Source: Cyanophora paradoxa CCMP329 (lineage: Eukaryota > Plantae > Glaucophyta). Taken from it: a stretch of DNA of 64,000 nucleotides. A program made the position numbers and the translations under genes. The stretch is from assembly GCA_004431415.1 (NCBI GenBank), contig QPMI01000686.1, positions 1-64,000 of the forward strand, read 5' to 3'. Shown in pieces: positions 25,501-41,766 of the stretch (its first letter is position 1; the number at the start of each line of letters is the position of its first letter). The notes beneath the pieces are model-generated. The model saw only the letters and a program-made list of their open reading frames with translations, made no database searches and was not told where the DNA came from.

Positions 25501-27863
25501 CAAGCTGCGACTCACGCAAGCAGGGAAAGGAACTCAGTCCAGCAGAGGAGCGGGTGCGGCGCCTGTCGAACGTCCTCTTTCGAAAGCGCCTGTCGGATGC
25601 CCTTTGGCGGCAGCCAGAAACTCGCCTCGAAGATGTCGTAGTCAATTTCCTCCTCATTCTGCCGCGGGAAGAATGACCGCGCTAGCATGCCGTCGAGCAG
25701 CCGGAGCCAAGTGCGCCGGGAAACTGAGATCGCGTTCGGCATTTCGCGGGGCTACCTACAGCAAAAACGCGCACCGAAGAGCGGATACATGTCGTCTGTG
25801 ACTTCGGCGAGGGAGGCGAAGTTCTTGAGTTCTTCATCGCCCGAGCCGATCAACTGTTCAGTCTCCTCCTGTCGGTCACGTTCGCTCTCCGGAGCGAGCA
25901 GGAGGTGCCTCGGTTCCTGCGGGATGCACTGCTCAACCGAGAGAGAACAGACGCAGGGAGACGCCATGAACGCACCAGGTTGCTCACGTCCTTGCGAACC
26001 TTGTCGAGCAACAGTGCACTTTTCGTGATATAAACGATCCGCAGGTGACCAGAGGGAAAGAGAGGCTCCCCCTGGCTTTGGGACCAATAAGCGTGGTAGC
26101 GCGCCCACAGCCTAAAGAATGCATATGTGAGGAGACGCAGATTCAAATAGGATTGGTAGCGGACCGAGCGACCGCGCATGCCGTCTTCCCCGTGCCCGAG
26201 CGGCCACACACCGCCAACGGTCCATTCGCGCAAATGATGTCGAGCTCGCCTCTGCGTATCGAAGCTCTTATGGGGAGAAGTGTATAATAATAATAAAGTC
26301 ATTGTTGCACCTAATAGCCTTCTGCTGGGCAGGCGAAAGAGAGGGGTCTGATTCTCGACCTCCCAAAACCTCTTTCGCAATGTGTTCAGCACGCTCCCTC
26401 ACTTGCTTGAGAAAAGGAAGATCTGCACGCCGCGTGAATTACGCTTCAATGCTAAAGATGAAAGGCAAACGTAGAAATTGACCAGATTCCGCTAAGCTCA
26501 AATCGACAGACTTGCCCTCGAGCGTCGGTTCGGAGCCCGGCGCGGACGGTGCAAGCACGTCGAGGGGAAGCGTGTAGTTCGGATCAAACACCGTCTGCTT
26601 GGGCTGGAACATTCCGAGTGGCAGAGACCGCGGCAGCCGGGTGAACCCTATGACGGGTTCGCGCTGCGGAGGCCGTGGCCAGCTGCAGTCGGCTAAAGTT
26701 GATCGCAGTAGCTTTCGACTGCGGAAGACATCCGATATCTGCGAGACCAGAGGTCCGACCTTGTCGTGGTGCCGCACACCCCTGCCATAGTTACGTGTCA
26801 GTTACAGCGAACAATCAGAGCAAGAACTTCGGCGTCAGTACCATATTATAATCTTGTCACGCCAGCATCCATACAGCTCTGACCAGTCCCAGACCTGCGC
26901 CGCAGCTTAGCTAGGGCAATTTCTGTGGGGAATTGGATGAGCATAACTTCCAACGCACCTCTTCCCACAGCAAACGGTGCCCGCGGATCTCATTTCTGTC
27001 CCCCATATAGCTCTCAAAGAGGGCGAGCCCCTCCTCCGCCTGCCGCCGGCAAGCGCGCATCAAGGCGAGAGGGGGGGGAAAGGGGGAAGGGCGGGGGGAG
27101 GCGGAATAGGGTGGAAAGGGGGGGCGGGGGGGGGGGGGGGGGGGGTGGGGAGAGGGGGGAGGGGGGGGGAGCTGGAAATCGCACGTGTTTCACGGGTTTC
27201 GCATGATTGGCACGCGATCGCTCTTCTCGACCCTTCATGAAGCGGATAATGAGACGCAGGGCGGAGCGTTGGATTGCTTGCCCAAGACGACGCCAGTTCT
27301 TCCGGCACGTTTGCGCGATTCGAATCTCCCTGCGGGCAGCGAAGGTGAAGCTCAATACGTGTTCTATGAAAGCTTGCAGCACAAGCTGCAGGCGGCAAAG
27401 CTTACCATAACTTCCGCTCGGACTGCGCATGCACGTCTCTTTGCTGTAGTTCGAACAACTCCTTGACGATCACTCTCAGATCCGCATCGCCATCGCCCGC
27501 GAGCAGCGCGTCGAGCGGATCGGCGTCGTCGTCCACAGCTGGATCTGCTTGGTCGACGTCGCCGTTCGGATCCAAATTTGATCCGTGCACGTGATCAGCG
27601 GCGGCGGCGGCGGCGAGCTGGATGCGGGGGAGCGCGGGCAGGCCGCCCGAGGAGGTTCCCCCCGACTGCTGGGACAGCAGAAACTGCAGCGGGTCTCGTG
27701 GCACCGCGGGGGGCTGAGTTTCCTGCAGCTGTCTGTCCACGGTCGCTACCGGGGACGCCGGTCGCGCAGCTGCGGTTCCGGTCTGCGGCTGCGGCTCCTG
27801 ACCCTGAGGCGCGAGAGCGTCCCCCGAGGACGCGCGCCCACGATCCAGAAAGCCTCTCCTCAT
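19567..27863 (-). CDS. TRANK1-like UvrD/SF1A helicase with an N-terminal RelE/ParE-like domain, TPR/helical repeats and a large unknown C-terminal domain
   Basis: Walker A GRSGTGKT (26182-26205), Walker B IIVDE|VQD, FFCGDTVQTVARG, SYRCHSG, LTVEEAKGLEFEDV and ELKQ|LYTALTRAK. TPR-like exons at 21850-23800. A phase-0 intron joins the 2.2-kb last exon in frame. Confidence 0.88.
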
Positions 27864-28167
27864 CCTGTCGAACCGCTGACGCGGAAATGGCCAGTAACGA
27901 TGCCAAATGAGTGCCCTGTGCTGGCTCAGAGAGTCTAATGCGCGGCCACCTCGCCGCAGAGGCTCGCTGGCGAGCGAGCGAAGCTCAAGTGCTCGTTCGA
28001 CGGGTACAGTAAAACAAATCCTCCCGCCAACTGTAGTGTGCCCGATTGGGCTGTGGAAGCGCTCCAGCTCAGCTCCGGCAATCCGCCGCTACGCTCGCTA
28101 CATCGGACGCCACCCGCCCCAACAGCTGCTCGATCCCACGCTTCGGCCTGCCGACGCCGACTCGGCG

Positions 28168-30195
28168 ATGTCGCTCACCACAGCACCACCGGCGCAGGTG
28201 CGGTTTGAGGGCCCCGCAGCGCGCGTCCGCGCCCCGCCCGCTTGACCGCGTTCGGCAGCGCTGGGTCCACGGGCTGCCGTCGACGGCGTGCATTCGGGAG
28301 GTGTACGAGCAGCCGAGCTATGGGATCGGCGCAGGGGCCGCCCGCGCCTCATCGGCCCCGTCAGCGGCTGACCGGACCGCGCTCGCCGTGGCCGCCCCCG
28401 CGGGCTCCGCCGCGTCCCGCTTCAGCCCGCCTCCGATTCCCCCGCTTGAGACGCTCGGCGGCCACAGCGTCTCGGCGATCGAGCAGCGGGCGCTCGTGCA
28501 GCGGTCGGGCAGCGCCCCCGCGGCGGCGGCGCAGCTGGCCCTCGACTCGCGGGAGCCTCCGGTGGAGCCGGAGGTCCGGAGCCGGCTGCTGCGGATCGTG
28601 GCGCGGCAGCGCATGATCGACCACGTCCGCACGATGTGCACCGAGCTGCGCGTCGCGGAGCGGTACAGCGACGCGAAGAGCGAGCTGCGCACCAAGGCCG
28701 ACCGCCTCGTCCGCGCCACGAGGGACCAGGACGCCCAGCTGGTGCGCTCGCCCAGCGCGCCTCGCGCGCGTGTACCGCGGCTCTGATCCGCGGCGCGCAG
28801 CTTCTGGCCGTGGCGGGCTGCCTGACGTGCGGGCCGGGGCCGGCGTCGGAGGCGGCCCGCATCGAGGCGTCCGCCAGGCTGCTCTGCCACGAGACGCCCC
28901 GCCCCGGCCGCGACCTCCGCAGGGAGCAGGCGGAGGCCTGCCGGAACCTCGCCGCCCAGCTGCAGGGTACCCGCCATCCCTCCCCTCTCCAGAGCGCTTC
29001 CCTCAGCGTACCCCGCAGAGGACCAGCAGCGCGAGATGTACGAGCTGGGCCAGGACGTAGAGCGCATGCGGCGGAGCGGCGCGAGTAAGGACGAGGCGCG
29101 CCCGCACTCTACTCCTGCGGGCTTCCCGTACCCGCCTTCCCGTACCCGCACTCTAACGACGGGTACCCAGATCATTGCCGCGCTCCGAAGCGAGGTGGGG
29201 GAGTTCAGGAGGCGGGGCGACAGGTGCGGGCTTTCCCTCGCGTACCCCCGCCCCGCGCGTCCCCACCGTCCCGCGCAGCCGCGACTGGCTCGTGAGCGCG
29301 ATGCAGAGGGACATTTCCGCGCTGCGGCAGTGCGCTTCCCTGTACCCCCGGCCCGCCCAGCTTCGCCGCCCCCAACTCCTCCCCTCCCCTCGTCAGGTCC
29401 GACGCCGAGAACCGCCGGGCAGCGAGCGAGATGGCGGTGCGCTGCCCTGTACCCCCTTTCTCCTTTTCCCCGTCCCCGCCCCCCTCGCCTTCGGACCTGA
29501 TGCCGTACCCCAGAGCGCCCTGGAGGCGGCGTCACGCCGCATCTCCGAGCTGCGTGAAGCGGAGGCCGCACTGCGGGTACGCGGCCTCTCCTCACTTGAA
29601 GGAGAAGCACTCCGCTCACGCCGTGGCGGCGCAGCGGGGCCTGCAGGAGAAGGACGAGGAGATGGAGCGGGCGCAGGCGGCGACGCGGGCGGCGGGCCCC
29701 TCGCGGGCGGGCAGCGCCGGGGGCTCGGGGGCCTCGAGCGCGGCGGGGAGCCCGAAGCCGTCCTCCTCCGCGTCCCCGCCGCCCTTCTCCCCCTCGACGC
29801 AGTCCCTCTCGCCGGAGGCGATGGCGCGGCTCCGGCGGATGGACGCGGAGCTGAGGGCCGTCGCCCTCGAGAACCGCAACCTGCGGCGCGAGCTCGAGGC
29901 CGCCCGCGCCCGCCTCTCCGGCGCCCCCTCCGAGGCCCGCGGCCCCGGGCGGCCCGCGCCCCCCGCCCCCGAGGCGCCCCCCACCGTCAAGAAGGCTGAG
30001 AATCCGCTTCCCCTCGACGCGAAGAGCCCCCTTCCCCTCGACGCCTACTCGGCCGCCATCGCAGCTGCTTTCGGGCTGCACCTCAGCCCTCAGAGCCACA
30101 AGTTCAGGTTAGCCGACGATCCCACGGCTGGCGCCTCCCCGCCCGCACAGGCGGGTCGGCCCCTTGGCCAGCCCCCCGTTGCCGTCGCGAACTAG
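28168..30195 (+). CDS. Hypothetical coiled-coil protein
   Basis: MSLTTAPPAQ|gt start; exons RLLRIVARQRMIDHVRTMCTELR and RLRRMDAELRAVALENRNLRRELE; stop at 30195. Confidence 0.6.
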
Positions 30196-30273
30196 TTTTG
30201 CTTACCGATTCTGCTGTCCATGGGCTGAGCGCTGTACAGAACAATACTACAGATTCTGTATACGGGAAGGCGC

Positions 30274-33493
<3,220 letters not shown>

Positions 33494-33838
33494 TAGCTTC
33501 GCATTTCAATGGCAACAAGGCTGATCCGCCCGCCCCACGCTGCCCCAGCCCCGCCTGCACGTTTTCTCCCCTCCCGAGTTTTTTCGTGTTGGCCCACCAC
33601 CCTATTGGCACGCCGCTCCCACATGCGGCGCTGCTTCATACGCGTGGGCAAGAGGCATCCATGGTACTCAGATGGCAAAGGACCTCAATCCTTAGCTGTC
33701 TTGTAAAACATGGGCACAAACCCTCCATCCCCCAACCCTGTCCATCTCACTCTTCCCCAGCAAAACGCCTCGGCCTGCCGACTGTAGAACTATACAGAGC
33801 ACTATCTAGGAGATCAGCTAGGGGAGGTGGGGTCTCCC

Positions 33839-35520
33839 TCAGCCCTCCATCCCCCCGGCCTCCTGGTCCGCTTGTGCCCACGCCGCGAGGGTCGTCCGCT
33901 CTGCCGCCGAAAGCCACTTGTAGTTCAGCTCCTTGTCCCCAAGGAGGTAGCACTGCGGGGGCGCGTAAGAAGGGGCCGCAGGCTCGCTCCGGCTCGAGCG
34001 TGGAGCCGCGCGCCTTCACTGTCATGTCGGAGGAGGCGGTGAAGAGGTAGGAGCCGGCGAGGAGGATGGGGTTGAAGTAGATCTTCGTGTCCGCGAAGGC
34101 GTGCACGCGGTCCTTGTGGTCCGTCGCGAAGCCCCGGCACCGCTGATGCCCGTCCCACACCTCCGGCCCCGGCCGTGAGCCCGGCGAAGGAGGGGGGGCG
34201 GGGCGGGCGGGAGGGGCCCGGGGCACCCTAACGGTCCCGTCTGCCGAGGCCGACACGAACTGGTCCGAGCCGGTGAAGCCCGGGTACAGCGTCGTCACGG
34301 GCTCGCTCGCCCGGTCCGCCGAGGTCCCCACCGTGGAGTCCTCGATGACCTTGTGCGGCCTGCGACGGGGCACCTGAGGAGACCCCGAGACCGGATCGAA
34401 TCGGGCGGCCGCACCTCAGGGCCTCGAAGTCTCGCCACTTCTTGATCTTGCCCACGTCCAGCAGCTTCACCTGCTCGGCGAGGCGCGCTTCAGGCGCGCC
34501 GGGCGGATCGAGGGGAGCAGCGGCGCGCCTTGGAGCCGGCGGCGACGAGGGTGCCGCCCTGCACGGCGAGCGCCCGAACGGGCGACTCGTACTCGGCCAG
34601 CAGGACGATGCACTGCGGCGTCCGCGGGTCGTTCCCGTCCAGCTCTCCCAGGTTCCACACCTGCCGCCCCGGGTCAGGGACCCGCGGAGTCGGCCTGGAG
34701 GGCGCGGGCGGCGGGCGCGCCTTGACGCGGCCGTCGTCGGCGCCCGAGAAGAGGAAGTCCTTGTAGGACGCCAGGCACCGGATGCCGCCCTCGTGCGCGT
34801 CGCTGATCTTCTCCAGCGCGAGCAGCCGGCCCCCGGGTTCCACGCTCCATATCTGGCCCCCGCGTGAGACCGCGCCGCCGCGCGCAGGACCGCTCGCGGC
34901 GCACGAAGATGGAGCCGTCGTCGCTGCCGCTGACGAGGAACTGCCCGACGAGCTTGACCGCCGTCACTGGCCTCGTGTGGTCCCGCTTCGTTTCCACACA
35001 CACGCTCGCCTTCGGCTTGCCTACCTTCCACACCTGCGCCCCCACCCGCGCCTCAGCGACGCGGCGCCGCGACCCGCCTCAAAGCAAAAAGCGCGCACCC
35101 TTATGCTCGCATCCTCGCTGCCGCTGTACAGGTAGCCGCCGTCCGCCGCCGAGTAGCACATACTGAGCACTGCGCCCGTGTGTCCCTGGCGCCGCGGGCT
35201 TAGCTGCGGGCGCGCGGGCGCTGCCACGGCGCAGCGGAAGCTACCTTGAGTGTGTCCCTGCACTTGAGGTCCGATAAGCTCCACACCTGCGCCCGGATAT
35301 GAGGCCGGGCGGAGGAGCTCGAGCTGCAGGCCGGCGGGGCGCACGCGGATGGTCTTGTCACTAGAGCCAGAGTATACCATGCCTGAAGCCGCTATCACAG
35401 CATTCACAGACGCCTTGTGCCCGACGAAGATGTACTGCGCTCCAGTGAGCAGGGGCGGGCAGGCAGCAGAGAAAGGCCGCGCGCCTGGCATCTCAACCGC
35501 TTGGCCATGGAGTCCGCCAT
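33839..35520 (-). CDS. WD40-repeat protein
   Basis: About seven GH..S.S.D..I/V+W repeats (GHKASV..SGSSDKTIR, GHTGAV..SGSEDASIR, DHTRPV..SGSDDGSIF and others). The start could lie further upstream. Confidence 0.88.
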
Positions 35521-35584
35521 CGCCCGCTTCGTGAAGGAGCCTTGCTTGGCAAAATTGGCTGGTGTAAATCCTGTACCCGCAGAA

Positions 35585-37387
35585 ATGGAGCACGCGTTCA
35601 TCCCCACGCCTCCGGCGCCCGTAGCGTCGCGGCGGACGCTCGTTGGACATGGTAGCACCCCGATTGCTTCGCCGCGCGCCCAACCAGCACCGCGTCAGCC
35701 GGCGCCCGCCGGATTTTGGTGCACGAGCGCGGCCAGCGATCGGCGCATGGAGGCGGTCTCTGCGCCCTCTACAAGCAGTGCTAGTCGGAGGCGATTTATA
35801 GCAGCGGTCGGGGGAGCGATCGCCGCTGTTGCGCTGCCCGCGATGACACCTTCAGCTTCTTCAGCGGAACTTGCGGTCGGCGAGCGCGAGTACATCAGCG
35901 CCGAGGTGGAGAGGCTAGCAAGGCAGGGAGCCGCGGCCTTCAATGCCAAGTACGCCCCCCTCGCCCGCACGGCACAGCCCCGCGTACGCGCACGCTGACG
36001 TTGCACGTGCGCCTCGCAGGGACTTCGCCAAGGCTGAGGCGGCGTGGACTAAGGTCATTGGTACGCAATCAACTCTATACGCAACAAGCCGCTCCCGCGC
36101 AGGCGCCGCGGCGCGACCGCCCGGCCGCCGGCGCCAGCGCTAGCTGCAGATCTTGCGCGTGCGGCGCGGCCGGGCTCACGCGCCGCTGACCGGAGGGCCC
36201 GCAGAGCTCATGCCGAACAACACGCTCGCGTGGCGGAACCGCGGGGACGCGCGGCTCGACCGGAAGGACTTTGCGGGGGCCCTCGCGGACTACGAGGAGG
36301 CCATCCGCCTCTCGCCCTCCTCCATGCCCGACCTCTACGTCGGCCGCGGCCTCGCCTACGAGGGTGAGGCTAGGGCCTGTTTGCAAGCGCGCGCCCAAGC
36401 CCGCGCTGACGCGCCCCCCGCAGGCGTCGACCGCTTTGACAAGGCGCGGGACGACTACACCACGGCCCTGCAGCTGCGGGTGCGCCGCGCGGCGCCGTGC
36501 CCGGCCGAGCTCCCCCGAGTGGAGCGTCCGCAGGAAGAGGCGGTGGATCCCGTCGCGCTGGTGTACCGCGGCAACGCGAGCGGCTCGCTCGGCGACTGGG
36601 CCGCCGCCGAGGCCGACTACATCGTGCGCTCTGCCAGGCTCTTCCGGGGGGGGCCGCGCCCGCGCCTCCAGCTCCAGTCCCTGACGCCAAAGGGGTCCCT
36701 ACAGAAAGCCGAGGAGATCTTCTCGGGGGCGCGGTACGAGGACGCCGCGACGACGTGCCGAGCCAACCAGGCGAGCGGGCCAGCGAGCATGGGGCCAGGC
36801 CGGGCCAGGCAAGGCTGACCTTCAGGTGGGGCGGGGCAGGCTCTGGCGGTGTACGAGCAGGGGAGGCGCGAGGAGAGCATCCGCCTGATGAAGTCAGTCA
36901 TCAGGTACCCCCCTTCGCCGTGCCCCGCCCCGCCCCGAGAGGGCTCCCCGGCGCCGCCCCCGAGCAGAGCCGCTGAGCGCGTGCGCAGGAGAGACCCGGG
37001 CTTCGCGGACATGCGGATCGCGCTGGCGGCGGCCTCGTGGCGGGACGAGGACTACGCGGAGTCCATCAAGCAGTGGGCGCGCCCGCAGCCGCCCCACCCT
37101 AGCTCCCCCGCCACCCCTCCGCTTTGGTCGAAGCCTCACACGAGGGCGCTCGCAGGATTTCAGCTGCGACAACATCAAGGTCGGCTGCTCCAAGTACCGC
37201 GACATGGACTGGGTGCGCGGCCTGAGCGCTCTGCGCTCTGGGGGGCCGCGTGCACGCGACCGCGAGCTTGAGGCTGATCGGCAGCCGCGCCGTACTCCGG
37301 TGCCAGGTTCGGAGGATACGGAGGTGGCCCCCCAGCCTGGCGAACGATCTCGAGAGGTTCTTGGCGGAGAAGGCGGGGGCAAAGTAG
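35585..37387 (+). CDS. Plastid (thylakoid-lumen) TPR protein of a cyanobacterial-type family ending RRWPP
   Basis: Transit peptide MEHAFIPT.., twin-Arg signal SRRRFIAAVGGAIAAVALP..ASSA, TPRs (AWRNRGDAR..ALADYEEAIRL), then PGFADMRIALAAA and KYRDMDWVRRIRRWPP. Confidence 0.85.
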
Positions 37388-37898
37388 CGCCGCCCTTCCG
37401 ATTGCGCAGCACTGCAGCTCTAGCTGTTGTCACTTCGTGTGTAAAGCAGGGAGCAGACACCAACCCATGACCGGTGCCCATGACCAGAGTGCTGAGCGGA
37501 ACCGCACAATAATCACTGTACTCCAACACGCGCGCACGAGCTTACATGGGACAATGAAGAAAAGGGGAGCAGAGGCCGGAGGGTCTGCCTGCTAGAAGTA
37601 CGAGCACTTCATACGACTAGCGAACGAGCTGGAAGGATATGAACAGGTTCAAGGCCCGGAACCAGGGAGGCGAGGACGGAAAGGAACCACCGGTCCGAAC
37701 GGAAGGGGAATGCACGGGGCAGTGGGAAGCCGGGGAAGCTCGGACCGGCAGGTGCACAGCCAGCCGGAGAGGAGACACGACTAGACGTGCGAAGAGAACC
37801 GCATCCGACGCTCGCCGAGGAGGGGAAAGGAGGCGACTGACGACGGAGCGGTGGCGAGGGAGAACTAGGGATTCCTCTCAGCACCGGACGCCGGCCGC

Positions 37899-38725
<827 letters not shown>

Positions 38726-39611
38726 GTTGAATGTGTGGATGGGCGGACTGCGGAGGCCGGTGAGCCTGGGAGGCGGCTGGCGGGAACTGTGGCGCACCGG
38801 AAAACTTTGGGGGAGGAAGAATGCTGTGGGGGTACAGACGGTTCGAGGACACGACACGTACCCGGTGTCGGCGCCGGCGAGAAGCTCGAATTGAAGGAAA
38901 CAGCTCGCGCGAGCACGGTGTGCGAGTGCGATGCCAGTGAGTGGCGCCGCGATGAGAGGCTACGTATACTGCTCCGCCGTTAGGAGGAAGGGAACGCGCG
39001 ACGCGAGCGCCGCGGCGCCGGCGCCGGCGCCCGTACGCCGCGGCGCGTGTACGTGGTCCGGCGGCGCCATATATATGCATGGGCTGACGCTGTAGCTCAG
39101 CAGCGATAGCTATAGCTATAGCGCCTGCGGCAATGCGCTGCGCCGCACGCTGTTCACGTCGACGTCAGGTACGTACGCGATATGCAAGTAGAATTCGAAT
39201 TGCAAGTAGTCTACGCCGCACGCTGTTCACGTCAAAATATGCGTATACGTAGAATTGCAAGTATACGTAGTCTACAGCTAGCTAACTATATAGAAGCATA
39301 AATACTTATAATTACCATCATCGCTTTGTCATACTATGATCAAACGTTTCAATCTGTACCTAACTAAAGTACTAGTACGAAATTCAATTGCGTAGCTCGG
39401 CAATGGAGGGGCATACATTGAAATAGGGCGACAGCATCGCCCGAGCAAATAAGAGGCGGGCGCCCCGCGCGGTTTACTTGGGCGGGGCGCCCCTGGCCTC
39501 GGGCGAAGGAGGGGGGGGGGGGGAGGGGAGGAGGAATGAGGAATTCGGGGTGTCCTGACTACCATAGCTTACAGGGTGGCGGCGAGCCATGCCGGGCGGG
39601 CCGGGGGATGA

Positions 39612-41429
39612 TCAGTGGACCATGGCGGGCCCGGGGCGGACGGGGCTCGTGCCCTCGCGCATCTTGGCGGCCTCGCGGGCGACCTCGGGGGAGAGCTTGC
39701 GCAGGATGTACTCGTTGATCGCCGGCCCGACCGAGGTGCGGTAGCCGGTGCCCGAGCCGATGAGCAGCGCCGGCTCGAAGTAGGGGTTGGAGCGGCCCTT
39801 GTAGAAGTCCTGGTACGTCGTGTGCCGCGCCGCCATCGAGTCGCCGGCGCCCATCGAGAGCGGCACCGAGCTCTTGAACGTCCGCGACGTCGTGTGCTCC
39901 GCCGCCTTCGGCTGCCCCGCCGTCTCCGCCCCCGCCGGCGTGAAGTTCCCCGTGTACTCCGTCCGAGGCCTGCCCGCACCCCCCGCCGCCCGTCAGCCAC
40001 GCGCAGCGAACGCGGGCGGCTTCGCGGCAAGGCGCACCAGGGGTACTTGTAGCTCTGGGCGGCCCGCATCAGCTCGGACTTCTCCTTGGGGAGGAGGACC
40101 CTGCGGGTGGGGGGGGGGGGGGCACGGGTCGGAACGGGGCGGCGGGGGCGGGCGGGGCGGGCGCCGGGGCGGGCGGGGCGGGCGCGGGGGCGCACTTGAT
40201 GTCGTCGGCGAAGGCGGCGCGGCTGGGCTCGCCCCCGGGGCCGAGCTGGGGGATGGCGCGCGTGCCCCCGTCCGTGGGCATGATGTGCCAGTTGGTCCCC
40301 TGCGCGTACTGCGGGTCCGTGCCGCGGGAGCCACGCATGTGCGTCGCCACCGCCCCGTGGAAGCGCGAGTAGGTCGAGCTCAGGTTCGGGTCGGCGGGGA
40401 GGAGCGTCTGCATCGCCGAGTCCAGGTGCTTCCGCGCCTTGGGGCCCTTCCGCGAGAGCGCGCCCTGGCCCGTCGGCACCGACTGCGGCCGCGTCTGCCG
40501 GGCGCCGGCGCGTCAGCGGGGCGCGGGCGGAGGGGCCGGGGTCCCTCTCGCCTTCTCGAGCATGGCGCGGCGCTTGGCCTCGGCGTGCCGGCGGATGCGC
40601 TCCAGGTCCGAGGGCGTCTCGGGGCGCGTCTTCGGGAACTCCAGGCAGTACGGCTGCGCGCGGGCACCCGCCCCGCATCGGACCCGGATCGCGCCGGGTG
40701 GGATCGAGCCGGGCGCACCTCCTCGCGCTCCTCGTGGTAGGCGCTCTTGCGGGGCGGGCGGTACTCGTCGACGTACTCGCTCTCGTTCTTCTTCTTGAGC
40801 ACGTGGAAGGCGCACATCGTCTGGAAGTAGCTCTCCTTCAGCTCCGCGTCCCGCTCCTCCTTGCTCTTGTCCCGCTGCTCCGCCCACGCCTCGCACTTCG
40901 GGCGGTCCCCGGGCCTCACGATCGCGTCCACGTACGGCCGCGTCATCCGTTGCTGCGCGCAGCGCCCGGTTCAGCGGCCTGGAGCGAATAGAGCCTGCCC
41001 TAGCAGGACTCCGGGAGGATGGGGTTTGCGCACGTAGTTTGGCCTCACGAGGCCGGCGGCATGGTCGGGTTCGCCGAATGCGCCCCTGGGCCCGGGGCGT
41101 CGGTGGCGATACTCGGATCAAGACAGGCCCCTGACGCACCGGTACTCGGAGAGGCGGGCCCACTTGCGCTCCATCTTTGAAATCGCCGCCTCCATCTCCT
41201 TCTTGCGGCTGGGCCCCGTCACGCGTGTCGCCGGGACGCTGGAGGGCCGCGGGCCACGTTTTTGTGCCTGGAAGCCGTCGTACACATCGTCGGCCATCTT
41301 TCGGTGCAGGCCCGTCGCCGCTGATGTGTCAAAGAACTCATCGATCATCTTCTGCCTATCATCCTGGAAGACTTTGCTGGGGATCTTCTCCTCCTTTGGC
41401 GCCTGTGGGTAATCAGCTGCCACCGTCAT
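39612..41429 (-). CDS. Hypothetical protein, possible ciliary microtubule inner protein
   Basis: Multi-exon. Repeated short motifs SEYVDEYRPP, STYSRFH, TEYTGNF, TTSRTF and TTYQDFY. Confidence 0.6.
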
Positions 41430-41766
41430 TTCTGTGAAGCCCGATGCGGGCTGCTGCTGAAAACGGGCTCTTAAGATTGCTGGAATGTCTTAGCTAAAGG
41501 TCCCGGGCGGACCCGCCTCGCGGCTCGGGCGTCTTCTTGGTCGGGCGAGGGCGCTCGGCTAGCTCGGTTAATCTAGCTCTGCCGGGGTGGGGTTGAGGAG
41601 TTGTGACTTCAGCCACCGGAAGCTCAGCAAGGCTGCAGCCGGTGCCGTGGCGCGCTAGCTAGACTTGTGAAAGGATACGTTGCGTGGACAAAGTTAGCCG
41701 AGGTATCTGTAGCCCCCCTCCGCCCTAACCCCCCTCAACTTCATCATAGGCCGTGTAGCGTTCGAC

